A stretch of DNA of 64,000 bases from Desulfobacteraceae bacterium Eth-SRB1. GTDB taxonomy: Bacteria; Desulfobacterota; Desulfobacteria; Desulfobacterales; ETH-SRB1. The stretch is taken from positions 27,367-91,366 of the forward strand of contig RPGP01000001.1 in NCBI GenBank assembly GCA_004193555.1. The letters run 5' to 3'. Positions 46,731 through 56,285 of the stretch are shown here, piece by piece; position 1 is the stretch's first letter; every line of letters starts with the position of its first letter. Position numbers and translations under genes: made by a program. Below the pieces are notes generated by a model. That model was not told where the DNA came from, did no database searches, and saw only the letters and a program-made list of their open reading frames with translations.

Positions 46731-48236
46731 ATGTCTCATATTCTTTTGCAAATAATAATTGTTCCGCCGATTGCTTCTTTATTTATACTCTTGACCAGGC
46801 ACCTGATAGGAAGAAAGGCCGGATGGATAGCAGGTTTCAGCCTTTTATATTCAACAGCGCTTCTAATTATGGCATGTGTAAGAGTCTATCATGGTGAAAT
46901 AATTGTTGAAGAATATCCTTTTATTGATTCGGCAATCACCTTTGGACTTCTTGGCGACGGGTTGAGCCTGCCGGTCGCGTTGATAATCAACGGCCTTTGC
47001 ACTGCCCTTGCATTTTATGCAATACATTATATAGATCACAGAATAGAGGCTATATACGGTGATGTGGATGAGCGCACATATTTAAACCACTACACACGAT
47101 TTTATTCCATGTTCCTTGGTTTTCCTATGGGTTTTATGGGCGTATGCCTTGTAAAGAACTTGATAGCGATGTATTTTTTCCTGGAAGTGCTGCCCATTCC
47201 TCTATATTTTATTATGGCTACTTTTGGGTATGTTGACAGAGTAAGAGTGGCTATGATCTGTTTGATGTGGGCAGTTATCGGAGCAGCGTTTTTTCTTGCC
47301 GGATTTTTGATGGCTTATAGTCAGATCGGAAGTTTTAATATCGCCGATATGAATGCTCTTGCAGGAAATCCGATGACTTTCTGGATTATATTTGTGCTTC
47401 TTATTGCAATACTGATAAAAATGGCGGCTGTGCCTTTTCATGTTTGGATGCCATGGGTCCACGCGGAGCATCCCACATGTATCGCGGGTCTTCTCGCTGT
47501 TTATGCGAATATTGCGGCCTATGTATTGGTGCGAGTAATAGTTTTCCCGCTGCCCGCTGATTTTAAAGCATTTTCCATACCTCTAATGGTACTGGCTTTA
47601 ATAACAATGGTATATGGTTCATTTTTGACGATGGGACAAACAGATGTAAAACGCTTTGCTGCCTGTTCAACAATAAGCCAGCTTGCATATTCGCTTCTTG
47701 GCATATCAGCTCTTACTATAGCGAGCATTGAGGGAGGAATGTTTTTCTTTTTGGGACACATTATGGGGAAAACTATTCTGTTTTCAACAGCAGGCATACT
47801 GGTTTATACAACAGGGACAAGGGATATGAGGGAGATGGGCGGACTCGCACAGAAAATGCCGATAACAACAGCGCTCTGGATTATGGGTGCAATGATGCTT
47901 TCCGGTTTTCCGCCAATGTCCAGCTTTCCCGCAGAATGGGTTATGTTTACGGGCATATTTAAAACCGGAGTTCAGACCATGCCCATTGGGCTTATGGTGG
48001 CTATTTTCGGAGCCGGCGCAATTATACTGACGGTTGCCTATACATTCCGGTCAGTAAAGATTATATTTTTCGGACCATTGAATCCGGATTTGGCGAACGA
48101 TAAAATCAAGGATCCACCTTTAACGATGAGTATTCCGCTTCTTATGATAGCAGCCGTATCAATCATACTGGGGGTGTGCCCTAAACTGGCTCTTAATCTT
48201 TTCAATTACGTGATTGCGGGGATACCGATTCCATAG
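46731..48236 (+). CDS. NuoM-like antiporter subunit
   Basis: DGLSLP, KMAAVPFHVWMPWVHAEHPT, MGGLAQKMP; start placed at ATG 46731. Confidence 0.88.
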   Translation: MSHILLQIIIVPPIASLFILLTRHLIGRKAGWIAGFSLLYSTALLIMACVRVYHGEIIVEEYPFIDSAITFGLLGDGLSLPVALIINGLCTALAFYAIHYIDHRIEAIYGDVDERTYLNHYTRFYSMFLGFPMGFMGVCLVKNLIAMYFFLEVLPIPLYFIMATFGYVDRVRVAMICLMWAVIGAAFFLAGFLMAYSQIGSFNIADMNALAGNPMTFWIIFVLLIAILIKMAAVPFHVWMPWVHAEHPTCIAGLLAVYANIAAYVLVRVIVFPLPADFKAFSIPLMVLALITMVYGSFLTMGQTDVKRFAACSTISQLAYSLLGISALTIASIEGGMFFFLGHIMGKTILFSTAGILVYTTGTRDMREMGGLAQKMPITTALWIMGAMMLSGFPPMSSFPAEWVMFTGIFKTGVQTMPIGLMVAIFGAGAIILTVAYTFRSVKIIFFGPLNPDLANDKIKDPPLTMSIPLLMIAAVSIILGVCPKLALNLFNYVIAGIPIP

Positions 48237-48364
48237 ATATGCAACTATTCAGCCGCAGATTTACACAGATGAACGCAGACAGGTTTAAATACAAAGAAAT
48301 CACAGAACCATTAAAATTATATTCTAATCCCTGCCGGCAGGCAGGTTGGTGACTTGGTGTATGA

Positions 48365-48799
48365 TTATTTTAAAATTTTGATGATTTTGGGTTTATATTC
48401 ATCCTTTTCAGACATTTTGCTTCCTTTTGCTTTAACAAATAAAAATGAAGCAAATAAAAATGAAAAACCAGCAATTATTGAAAATATTGATTGGTCATAA
48501 TTGAATATCCGCGCAATTTCGTCGCCGATAACCACCCCCAGAATCAGAAACAAAACCGGCACCATATAAACGAGAAAAGATACTTTTAATAATGAAGATG
48601 TTTTAAAGCTGATAGTAACCCTGTCATTGTTTTTTGCCCCAACAGCGTTTATTGCTTCCACCTCCACATCATCATCAGACCCTCCCACAGTATCGCAGAA
48701 ATCTTTTGCCTTGCATGACTCACACGCGGCGGATCTCGTGCATTTAACCCATGCCGTGGAAAAATCAACCTTTGTTACAATACCTTCTGCAGTTGCCAA
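48365..48799 (-). CDS. rseC: RseC/MucC-family membrane protein
   Basis: EGIV, RSAACESC...C, two C-terminal TM; usual Rnf/Rsx neighbour. Confidence 0.85.
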   Translation of the reverse strand: MATAEGIVTKVDFSTAWVKCTRSAACESCKAKDFCDTVGGSDDDVEVEAINAVGAKNNDRVTISFKTSSLLKVSFLVYMVPVLFLILGVVIGDEIARIFNYDQSIFSIIAGFSFLFASFLFVKAKGSKMSEKDEYKPKIIKILK

Positions 48800-49092
48800 A
48801 ATATAAACCTTTTTCTATAAATTAAAAAAACAATCACGAAAGCACGAAATAAGGAAAGCACGAAATAAATATTTTCGACCTGTGCGGTTAATTCTTTTAA
48901 AAGTTCCTTCTAACAAGAGGAGTGGACGGAAAGCGGACGTGGTGTGCAAAAAAGACACGTAAAAGCAGATGTTTGATTTTTTAATGAGTTTTCAAGTTTA
49001 ATGCTTTTGTACTGTTAACTCGTAAACTCGTTTTATCCCTGCCTGTGCGTGCCCGCACGCAGACAGGTCTCCCCAATTTCCAATTTCAAGTT

Positions 49093-49668
49093 TTAAGCCA
49101 TTCCTTTGAATGCAAAAAACGCAAGGGCGAGCATTCCGGCGGTTACAAGCCCGATAGCGGTATCTTCGAGCGGTTTTGGGACCCTGGCCAGAAGTATGCG
49201 TTCACGCACTCCCGCAAAAAGAACAAGGGCAAGACCAAAACCGGCCGCATAACTAAATGACGTAACAAGGCTCTGAATAAATGTATACTCTTCATTGATA
49301 TTTATCAGGCAAACCCCCATTACAGCGCAGTTAGTTGTAATCAGCGGCAAAAAGATTCCAAGCCCTTTATACAGAGCTGGAATGCTTTTTCTTAAGAACA
49401 TCTCAACAAACTGCACAAGAGAGGCTATTACAAGGATAAAAGCAATAGTTCTAAGATATTCAAGACCGAAAGGCTTTAAAACATATGCCTCGATAAGCCA
49501 GGTTATTGCGCCGGCCATAACAAGAACAAAGATTACAGCCATACCCATTCCAACTGCTGTCTCCATTTTCTTTGATGTCCCCATAAAAGGACAGCAACCC
49601 AGATACTGGGCAAGCAGAATGTTGTTAACAAAGATACAGCTTATCGCAAGGAGTACATAATCGCCCAT
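49093..49668 (-). CDS. rnfA: Rnf complex subunit A
   Basis: VNNILLAQYLGCCPFMG, LGIFLPLITTNCAV. Confidence 0.95.
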   Translation of the reverse strand: MGDYVLLAISCIFVNNILLAQYLGCCPFMGTSKKMETAVGMGMAVIFVLVMAGAITWLIEAYVLKPFGLEYLRTIAFILVIASLVQFVEMFLRKSIPALYKGLGIFLPLITTNCAVMGVCLININEEYTFIQSLVTSFSYAAGFGLALVLFAGVRERILLARVPKPLEDTAIGLVTAGMLALAFFAFKGMA

Positions 49669-49679
49669 TAGATTTTCTC

Positions 49680-50273
49680 CTATTCATTTCCTGCAAGGTT
49701 CATCAAAGAGAGCATGAGCCCGAGACACACAAAAGCGCCGGGCGCTTCGATCATGAATGTAAAAGGCTGAAAGGATGGTCCAAATACAGGTATTCCAAAA
49801 AATGTGCCGCTGCCAAACACCTCCCGTAAAGCGCCGATAGCAACCAGGGAGATTGTAAACCCGGCGCCTATTCCAAACCCATCCACTATTGAACGGACAA
49901 TACCGTTTTTGTATGCAAACGCCTCTGCGCGTCCAAGCACAACACAGTTAACGACAATAAGAGGTATGAATATACCAAGCTTTAAAAAAAGCGGATATGT
50001 ATATGCCTGCATAAGAAGTTCAACAACGATAACAAATGTGGCGATAATAACGATAAAACAGGCTATTCTTACTTTTGGAGGAATTATATTCCGCAACAAC
50101 GAAACCAGCATATTTGAACATACCAGAACAAAGATTACAGCCACTCCCATTCCCAGTCCGTTTTCTACACTTTTAGTAACAGCAAGCGTAGGACATAGGC
50201 CGAGAACAAGCCTGAATGGTGGTATCTCATCCCACAAACCTTTAGTGAATTCCTGAGTGATAGACTTAGCCAT
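49680..50273 (-). CDS. rnfE: Rnf complex subunit E
   Basis: LGLCPTLAVT, GIFIPLIVVNC, GRAEAFA, PGAF. Confidence 0.95.
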   Translation of the reverse strand: MAKSITQEFTKGLWDEIPPFRLVLGLCPTLAVTKSVENGLGMGVAVIFVLVCSNMLVSLLRNIIPPKVRIACFIVIIATFVIVVELLMQAYTYPLFLKLGIFIPLIVVNCVVLGRAEAFAYKNGIVRSIVDGFGIGAGFTISLVAIGALREVFGSGTFFGIPVFGPSFQPFTFMIEAPGAFVCLGLMLSLMNLAGNE

Positions 50274-50283
50274 CTTTTACTCC

Positions 50284-50874
50284 CTACTTAAATTCCTTTA
50301 GTTTTTCAGCAATCTGAGGTTTTAAACGTTTGTAAATATTTGCAGCGTTTGTTACGCCGACGCAAACACCTCGTGATGTAACAGTAGCCCCGGATATGGC
50401 GTCGATTCCTCCTCCATCCGGTTTGACCTTGCAGGGTTCAATTGCGGCTAATCCCTTGAATTGATCTGAAAATTTAGGATCTGTTTTCGCTTTGGAACCT
50501 ATGCCGGGTGTTTCGCTGTGGGTGGTTACACCCATGCCGACAATCTGGTCGTTATCTATGTTTACACCAACCATAAGGCCGATATCACCGCCAAAACCCT
50601 TTCCAGTGCCTTCAAATGCAAATCTATTAGCTTTCCCGTCAAATACACCTACAAAGAAGCTTCTTTCAATATCGCCATCCTTGATTTTAAAGCGGTCAGC
50701 AATAGGATCGTTGGAACATCCCTCAAGAATCTTGTTTATTGCAGGCCCTTTAACAAACTTTAACTGCTGGTCTTCAATTTTAACCTTTGTTTCTCCGCGG
50801 ATTGCTGCAAGAAGACCTCCTGAGAAAGCACTAAGCACAGTCAGAACCACGACCATTTTTATTATTTCACGCAT
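50284..50874 (-). CDS. rnfG: Rnf complex subunit G
   Basis: One TM, GFGGDI, HSETPGIG, FMN site DAISGATVTS. Confidence 0.93.
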   Translation of the reverse strand: MREIIKMVVVLTVLSAFSGGLLAAIRGETKVKIEDQQLKFVKGPAINKILEGCSNDPIADRFKIKDGDIERSFFVGVFDGKANRFAFEGTGKGFGGDIGLMVGVNIDNDQIVGMGVTTHSETPGIGSKAKTDPKFSDQFKGLAAIEPCKVKPDGGGIDAISGATVTSRGVCVGVTNAANIYKRLKPQIAEKLKEFK

Positions 50875-50875
50875 T

Positions 50876-51865
50876 TTAAGCTGCCTTTCCAATCGCTTTT
50901 GGACAAATCTTATCTAAAAGCGGATTTACAAGGTTCATAATCAGGATCGCAAAGATTACGCCATCAACATAAACGCCGATATTTCTGATGAGCACGGTCA
51001 AAAAACCTGCGCCTGCGCCGTAAATAAGCATGGGAATAAAATTGACCGGTGAAGAGGAGTCTTCGGTTGCAAGGAAAAAGGCCCCGATCAAGGTATAACC
51101 GGCAAAAAGATGGACAACCGGGCCTGCATAATGTGCGGAATTGGTCAAATTAAATATCAGAGCGGTTATGAAGATGCCGGCTAAAAAGGAAAGCGATATT
51201 TCCCACCTGATGATTCCTCTGATAATAAGATAAATTCCGCCGGCAATAAGGCCAAGTCCAAATGTCGAACCTATTCCTCCGGACTGTTTGCCCATTAAAA
51301 GATCTCCGGCGCTGAATGAATCAACAGCAGATACGCCGAAATGTTTCAGGGCGGCAAGGGGATAAATCATGGCGAAATCGAAATCGTAATTCATAAGCGC
51401 TTCGTTAAAATCGAAGATATCTTTCCATGATATCATGACAATGGCAATTGCAACAACCACAGGATTAAAAGCATTGCCTCCGATTCCGCCGTAGATCTGT
51501 TTCCCGATAATAATGGCAACAAATGTTCCAAGTATTACAAGCCACCACGGCGCTGTTGCAGGCAAAAGCATGCCGAATATCATTCCGATAATAGCTGCAT
51601 TGCCATCTCCAATGGTATTTGAACGTTTTGTTATACGACAAAACACGAATTCCCAGATAATTGCAGAAGAGATGGAAAGTGATATAACACCGACAGCCGG
51701 CATGCCATAGTAAATGATGCCAAACAGTATTGCAGGGAGAGCCGCAAGCGCTATATTATAATTTCGCAGCGATATTCTGCTTCCATCATGCCAGAAAGTG
51801 GCATGTGAAACTATGAATTTGTTAGTATCAACAATGTTGTTATCAGCTACGTTATTATCAACCAT
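50876..51865 (-). CDS. rnfD: Rnf complex subunit D (variant)
   Basis: KQIYGGIGGNAFNP, GAFFLATE...SP; no SGAT/TGAT flavinylation motif; start at ATG 51865. Confidence 0.9.
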   Translation of the reverse strand: MVDNNVADNNIVDTNKFIVSHATFWHDGSRISLRNYNIALAALPAILFGIIYYGMPAVGVISLSISSAIIWEFVFCRITKRSNTIGDGNAAIIGMIFGMLLPATAPWWLVILGTFVAIIIGKQIYGGIGGNAFNPVVVAIAIVMISWKDIFDFNEALMNYDFDFAMIYPLAALKHFGVSAVDSFSAGDLLMGKQSGGIGSTFGLGLIAGGIYLIIRGIIRWEISLSFLAGIFITALIFNLTNSAHYAGPVVHLFAGYTLIGAFFLATEDSSSPVNFIPMLIYGAGAGFLTVLIRNIGVYVDGVIFAILIMNLVNPLLDKICPKAIGKAA

Positions 51866-53144
51866 TAGTTGCCTCCGCTGTATTTGCCCTGTCAAGCTCG
51901 TATTTTGCCAACCTGATATACTGGAATATCGGCATGTTAGATACACAAACATAAGTGCAAAGACCGCATTCAATACATGAATACAGATCATACTGATCCG
52001 CGGCTTCTTGATACTGGCCTGCTTCAAGAAACCGGACAAGCAGATTAATCTGGATATTTGCAGGACATACCCTTATGCAGTCGCCGCAGTTTATACACGG
52101 ATAGTCTGAAATAACGGGAATATCCTCTTTATCCTGTACGATAATAGCATCGGTGCCGGGCTGAACCGGATGATCCTCTGAATAGACAGAGGAGCCTGTC
52201 ATGGGGCCGCCGAAAATTATCCTGTCATTTTCGTTTAAAGTAATATTAAAAGCCTTGAATATATCGCTTGCCGGTGTTCCGATTCTGGCCGATACAAGTG
52301 ATTTAGAGCCGTCTTTCTTAACAAACGTAAAGATTTTTGTTACAGGGATCTGGCCGCTGTTAAAAGCATTTCCAATAGATGCAACCGCTTCAGCGCTGAT
52401 AAAACATACCCCGATATCTTCAGGGTTTTTCCCGGCAGGCACTACCTTGCCCAGCATATCTTTCATAATAAGATGCGGGAGCGCTGATGGATATGTATCA
52501 TTAACCTGATTTACTTTTTCACCGGTCGCGGAAACTTCATGCATCTGGCTCTGTGAAGCGACCATTATAATATCATTAATTCCGGTTATTGTTTTCAGAA
52601 TACTTATTCCATTTTTTATTGCGTCAATATCGGATTTAACAATATACTGATTGGTTGTTATTAAAAGATCGCTGTCAGCGCAACAAACAACGATTTTATT
52701 TATAGATTTGTCTTTGTCGGACAATACCTTAACCGGAGGGTTGCCCGGAACAAATGCAAGATAGTTTTTGACGGTTTCAAGAAAGGCGTCCTTTGGTCCG
52801 CCTGCGGCGGACTTGAACTCATCATCTATTTCTTCTTCATCAGCCACCTCAATTGCGATGGCAGTATAAGATCGGCCAAAGTCACCTGTGTAAGAGGATA
52901 TTGATGATACTTTTCCTGTAACACTCGAAACAATATATTCATCGCTTTCCTTATACAGCAAAAGCTTCTGGCCAGTCTTAACAGTCGCCTTTTTCTTAAG
53001 TAACAGCTTTTTTTTGTCAAATGGACAGTTTGATAAAATGGTAATTTCTTTTGAGGTTGGGATTTGCTTAAGGGAAGGCGTGTCTTCAATAGATCCATAT
53101 TCAAGTCGTGGTTTTAACAAACCGATAAAAGATCTTTTTATCAT
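51858..53144 (-). CDS. rnfC: Rnf complex subunit C (variant)
   Basis: SSVTGKV, YPSA, RIGTP, GGPMTG, CINCGDCIRVCP and CIECGLCTYVC; Gly-rich NADH/FMN loop not seen. Confidence 0.88.
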   Translation of the reverse strand: MIKRSFIGLLKPRLEYGSIEDTPSLKQIPTSKEITILSNCPFDKKKLLLKKKATVKTGQKLLLYKESDEYIVSSVTGKVSSISSYTGDFGRSYTAIAIEVADEEEIDDEFKSAAGGPKDAFLETVKNYLAFVPGNPPVKVLSDKDKSINKIVVCCADSDLLITTNQYIVKSDIDAIKNGISILKTITGINDIIMVASQSQMHEVSATGEKVNQVNDTYPSALPHLIMKDMLGKVVPAGKNPEDIGVCFISAEAVASIGNAFNSGQIPVTKIFTFVKKDGSKSLVSARIGTPASDIFKAFNITLNENDRIIFGGPMTGSSVYSEDHPVQPGTDAIIVQDKEDIPVISDYPCINCGDCIRVCPANIQINLLVRFLEAGQYQEAADQYDLYSCIECGLCTYVCVSNMPIFQYIRLAKYELDRANTAEATNG

Positions 53145-53283
53145 AGTTCAACCTTTCTTAGCTCTCAACACGCTCGCTTCGCCTGAATGCTATCAATGGC
53201 GGTCAGGCCTGTCTGTCATGCAATACAGGCGAAGCGGACGGGTTTTTTTATTCAATTCGACAATGTTCACAGTTAAAGGACAC

Positions 53284-53315
53284 AAAAAAAGCAGTTAGCA
53301 AAAAAAGCTACCTGC
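53284..53315 (-). terminator. Intrinsic terminator right after the cytochrome c3 gene
   Basis: Minus strand after TAA: GCAG-G-TAGC-(T7)-GCTA-A-CTGC followed by T7. Confidence 0.65.
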
Positions 53316-53696
53316 TTACATTACATGGCATAATTCACATTTTTCAGGGCCTGCTTCAGCTTCCTTATGACAGTCGATACATTGCGTATGGAATGCATCA
53401 GCCCTGCCTGGCACATCTTCGTCCTGGCTTTCAGGTTCGTGACATTCTCCGCAAGCCTGCGGGTTTGTCTCACCTTCTTCAAGGTTATGATGACAGTCAC
53501 TGCATGAGATGCCGTAGCCTGATTCTACGGTATGTGTGTTGTGATCAAAAAAAATCTTTCCCGCAACACATTTAAACATTAGCCTGACCGGTTGTTCCGG
53601 GGACTTGGCAGAAAAAGCGGCATAACTTAGAACACCCACAACCAACAAAATAATAGCCAGGCCGTAAGCTATCTGAAGTTCTTTGTTAGAATTCAT
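53316..53696 (-). CDS. Membrane-anchored tetraheme cytochrome c3
   Basis: N-terminal TM; FDHNTH, CSDCHH, CGECH, AFH.QCIDCH, CELCH. Confidence 0.92.
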   Translation of the reverse strand: MNSNKELQIAYGLAIILLVVGVLSYAAFSAKSPEQPVRLMFKCVAGKIFFDHNTHTVESGYGISCSDCHHNLEEGETNPQACGECHEPESQDEDVPGRADAFHTQCIDCHKEAEAGPEKCELCHVM

Positions 53697-53790
53697 ATAT
53701 ATTCTATCCTTTCAAAGCGTTATCTTTTAAAAGTGGGTGTAAAACTAAAGATGCTTACCATAAGGTAAAAATACTTTCAAGTAAAAAAAG

Positions 53791-54678
53791 TTATGGTACC
53801 AAAAGAACAGGAAGCTCAGATGTTTCCGCAACACGGTGAGAAACGCTTCCCAGCCAAAAATCTCTGATCCTGTCCTTGCCTGTAGTTCCCATAATTATCA
53901 TTGTAGCCTTATGTTCCCGCGCAACCCTGATAATTTCTGCTGATGACCGGCCGGAAAACAGATGCGGTTCCGCTTTTACTCCGGCTTTTTTCAATTTGTC
54001 ACAATAGCCGCCAAGCCGCTCTTTGCTTTCTCTTTCTATCCGCCTTAATTCCGACTTGTCAAGATTCTTGGCAATCTTGACCCCAATGATATGAGTTACC
54101 ATAACCTTATCGGTCAGCCCTTTAAATGAAGAAACTAATTTCAAAGCCTTTTCAGATGGTTTCGACCAGTCAGTGGCAAATAACGGTTTTCTAAAGATAT
54201 GCTCATTTAATTTGGTAACTAATTCTCCCTCCATTTCAAACAGCACCATATATTTGCTTATCAGGACAGGAACGCTGCTACGGCGGACGAGATCCAGGGT
54301 GTGAGAGCCAATATGAACCTTGTCCAGAGTTGTTCTCTTTTTTCTTCCAGCCACGATCAGATCTACTTTTTCCTCCTCTGCAATAGAGATAATTTTTGGA
54401 ATGGGATTTCCCACCTGAATCCTGATCGTGCTGTCGATTCCGCGTCTTGATATAGATTGCTGCCAATCTTCAAAACGGATTCTGGCCTGTTCTCTTAAAC
54501 GTTCTTCCTCATCTTTCATATATCCGCCGAACGGAACAAACGCGACTTCATCTCTCGGAATAACATAGGTCAGCACAACTTCTTTGAGGCCGATTTCCTT
54601 AAGTTCCAGGAGGGATTCAAGAGAATTGAATGCCAGTTCTCTAAATTTTGTTGGGAACAAAACCTTTTTAATTTTCAT
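53791..54678 (-). CDS. Tandem-domain universal stress protein (paralog of 36886-37752)
   Basis: KKVLFPTKF; PLFATDWS; MIIMGTTGK..WLGSVS..LPVLLVP. Confidence 0.9.
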   Translation of the reverse strand: MKIKKVLFPTKFRELAFNSLESLLELKEIGLKEVVLTYVIPRDEVAFVPFGGYMKDEEERLREQARIRFEDWQQSISRRGIDSTIRIQVGNPIPKIISIAEEEKVDLIVAGRKKRTTLDKVHIGSHTLDLVRRSSVPVLISKYMVLFEMEGELVTKLNEHIFRKPLFATDWSKPSEKALKLVSSFKGLTDKVMVTHIIGVKIAKNLDKSELRRIERESKERLGGYCDKLKKAGVKAEPHLFSGRSSAEIIRVAREHKATMIIMGTTGKDRIRDFWLGSVSHRVAETSELPVLLVP

Positions 54679-54694
54679 AATTATACTCCTGTTG

Positions 54695-56239
54695 TTAAAA
54701 GAAAATTAAAGTTACGATCACAAAGGTTGGAGCCAGATAAATCAAGGAAAACTTTATTATATAACCAAAGAAGCTCGGCATGGGTGTGCCGGCCTCCTCT
54801 GCAATCGACCGCACCATAAAGTTAGGCGCATTCCCGATATAACTGAATGAACCAAAGAAGACAGCTCCCGCAGAAATCGCCTTCAAAAAGATCGAGCTTT
54901 CCGTCATAAGAAGAGGCACAGCCTGAGCCTCCGACATGCCGGGATAAAAGGCTCCAAGCGCTGTATTGAAAAATGTGAGATAGGTAGGCGCATTATCAAG
55001 AAAACCGGAAAGAGCGCCTGTGACCCAGAAATAATGCATCGGTTCCTTTACCGCGGCAATCAAAAATGCGAGTTCCCCCTTCAAGCCTGCCTTGAGTATA
55101 AGCAGACATGGAACCATGGTAATGAATATTCCGATAAAAAGATAACCAACTTCGATGATCGGAAACCATGTAAAATCATTGTCTTCATGTATCTTTTTCG
55201 AAGTAGTTATCAGGGAAAGAATGCCCATTACAATAAGGAGGCCGTCCCGCACCCAGTCCTGAACCGCCCGGTGAATGCCCAGTGTATTTACATCACCCCA
55301 GTCCACTATTCCGCTCATGAGCACCGACCCGACAATACCGCCTAAAAAGAGAAAATTGTGTATTCCCACTAATTTTAATGGTTCTTTTTCCCCTTCTTCC
55401 ACAGGAGCGGAAGACAAACCTTCTTTTTTATAATGATATGAATCAAGGAAAAAATAAACTACCAGGAGAATCCCGGCTGTTACAAGCATATGCGGCAGAA
55501 TCTTCATTGTCCAGAAAAAGGAAACACCGTGTAGAAAGCCTAAAAAAAGCGGCGGATCGCCTAATGGGGTCAATGAACCCCCAATATTGGCAACGAGAAA
55601 GATAAAGAAGACCACCATGAATGTCCTGTTTTTCCGGTACTCATTCGCCTTTAAAAAGGGACGGATCATCAGCATGGCAGCTCCTGTAGTACCCATCCAC
55701 GAAGCAAGCAGAGTGCCGATAAGTATCATAACAGTGTTTACAACCGGTGTCCCGCGTAATGTGCCTTTAAGCATGATGCCGCCTGAAACGGTAAAAAGCG
55801 CCCATAGAAGGATAATAAAGGGGACGTAGTCGGCAAGGATAATATGAAGAATCTCATGCACGGCAATCCATTTAAAGGCAATCAAAAAGGGAATGGCTAA
55901 TGTTGCGGCCCAAAAAGCGGAAATCTTGCCAAAGTGGTGATGCCAGATCTTTGGTGCAAGAAGAGGAAAAAGGGCTATGGAAAAAAGCATGCATGCAAAA
56001 GGGATGCAACTCCAGAGTGGAAGCATCTCTCCCAGATTGATATGTCCTCCGTGACCACCATTACCTGCTTCTTCGTGCCCGTGAGATTCAGCCCCGATAT
56101 TGGCGGCTTCATGTCCTGCAACAGCGCTATGCCCGGTATCATGAGTTGCCGCAACCTCATGATCTGAGGCCATAGCCGGAATTGAAAATAAAAATATACT
56201 AAATATAAAAAGCGCTGCTATCCATTTTCCGAATTTCAT
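54695..56239 (-). CDS. Putative sodium:proton antiporter (IT-superfamily, DUF1646-like) with His-rich N-terminus
   Basis: GTTGAAMLMIRP, FFIFLVANIGGSLTPLGDPPLFLGFL, FLDNAPTYL, YIGNAPNFMV. Confidence 0.82.
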   Translation of the reverse strand: MKFGKWIAALFIFSIFLFSIPAMASDHEVAATHDTGHSAVAGHEAANIGAESHGHEEAGNGGHGGHINLGEMLPLWSCIPFACMLFSIALFPLLAPKIWHHHFGKISAFWAATLAIPFLIAFKWIAVHEILHIILADYVPFIILLWALFTVSGGIMLKGTLRGTPVVNTVMILIGTLLASWMGTTGAAMLMIRPFLKANEYRKNRTFMVVFFIFLVANIGGSLTPLGDPPLFLGFLHGVSFFWTMKILPHMLVTAGILLVVYFFLDSYHYKKEGLSSAPVEEGEKEPLKLVGIHNFLFLGGIVGSVLMSGIVDWGDVNTLGIHRAVQDWVRDGLLIVMGILSLITTSKKIHEDNDFTWFPIIEVGYLFIGIFITMVPCLLILKAGLKGELAFLIAAVKEPMHYFWVTGALSGFLDNAPTYLTFFNTALGAFYPGMSEAQAVPLLMTESSIFLKAISAGAVFFGSFSYIGNAPNFMVRSIAEEAGTPMPSFFGYIIKFSLIYLAPTFVIVTLIFF

Positions 56240-56285
56240 GTATCAGGTACCTCCTGCCAAATAAAAGATCATCGCTAAAGCTTAT

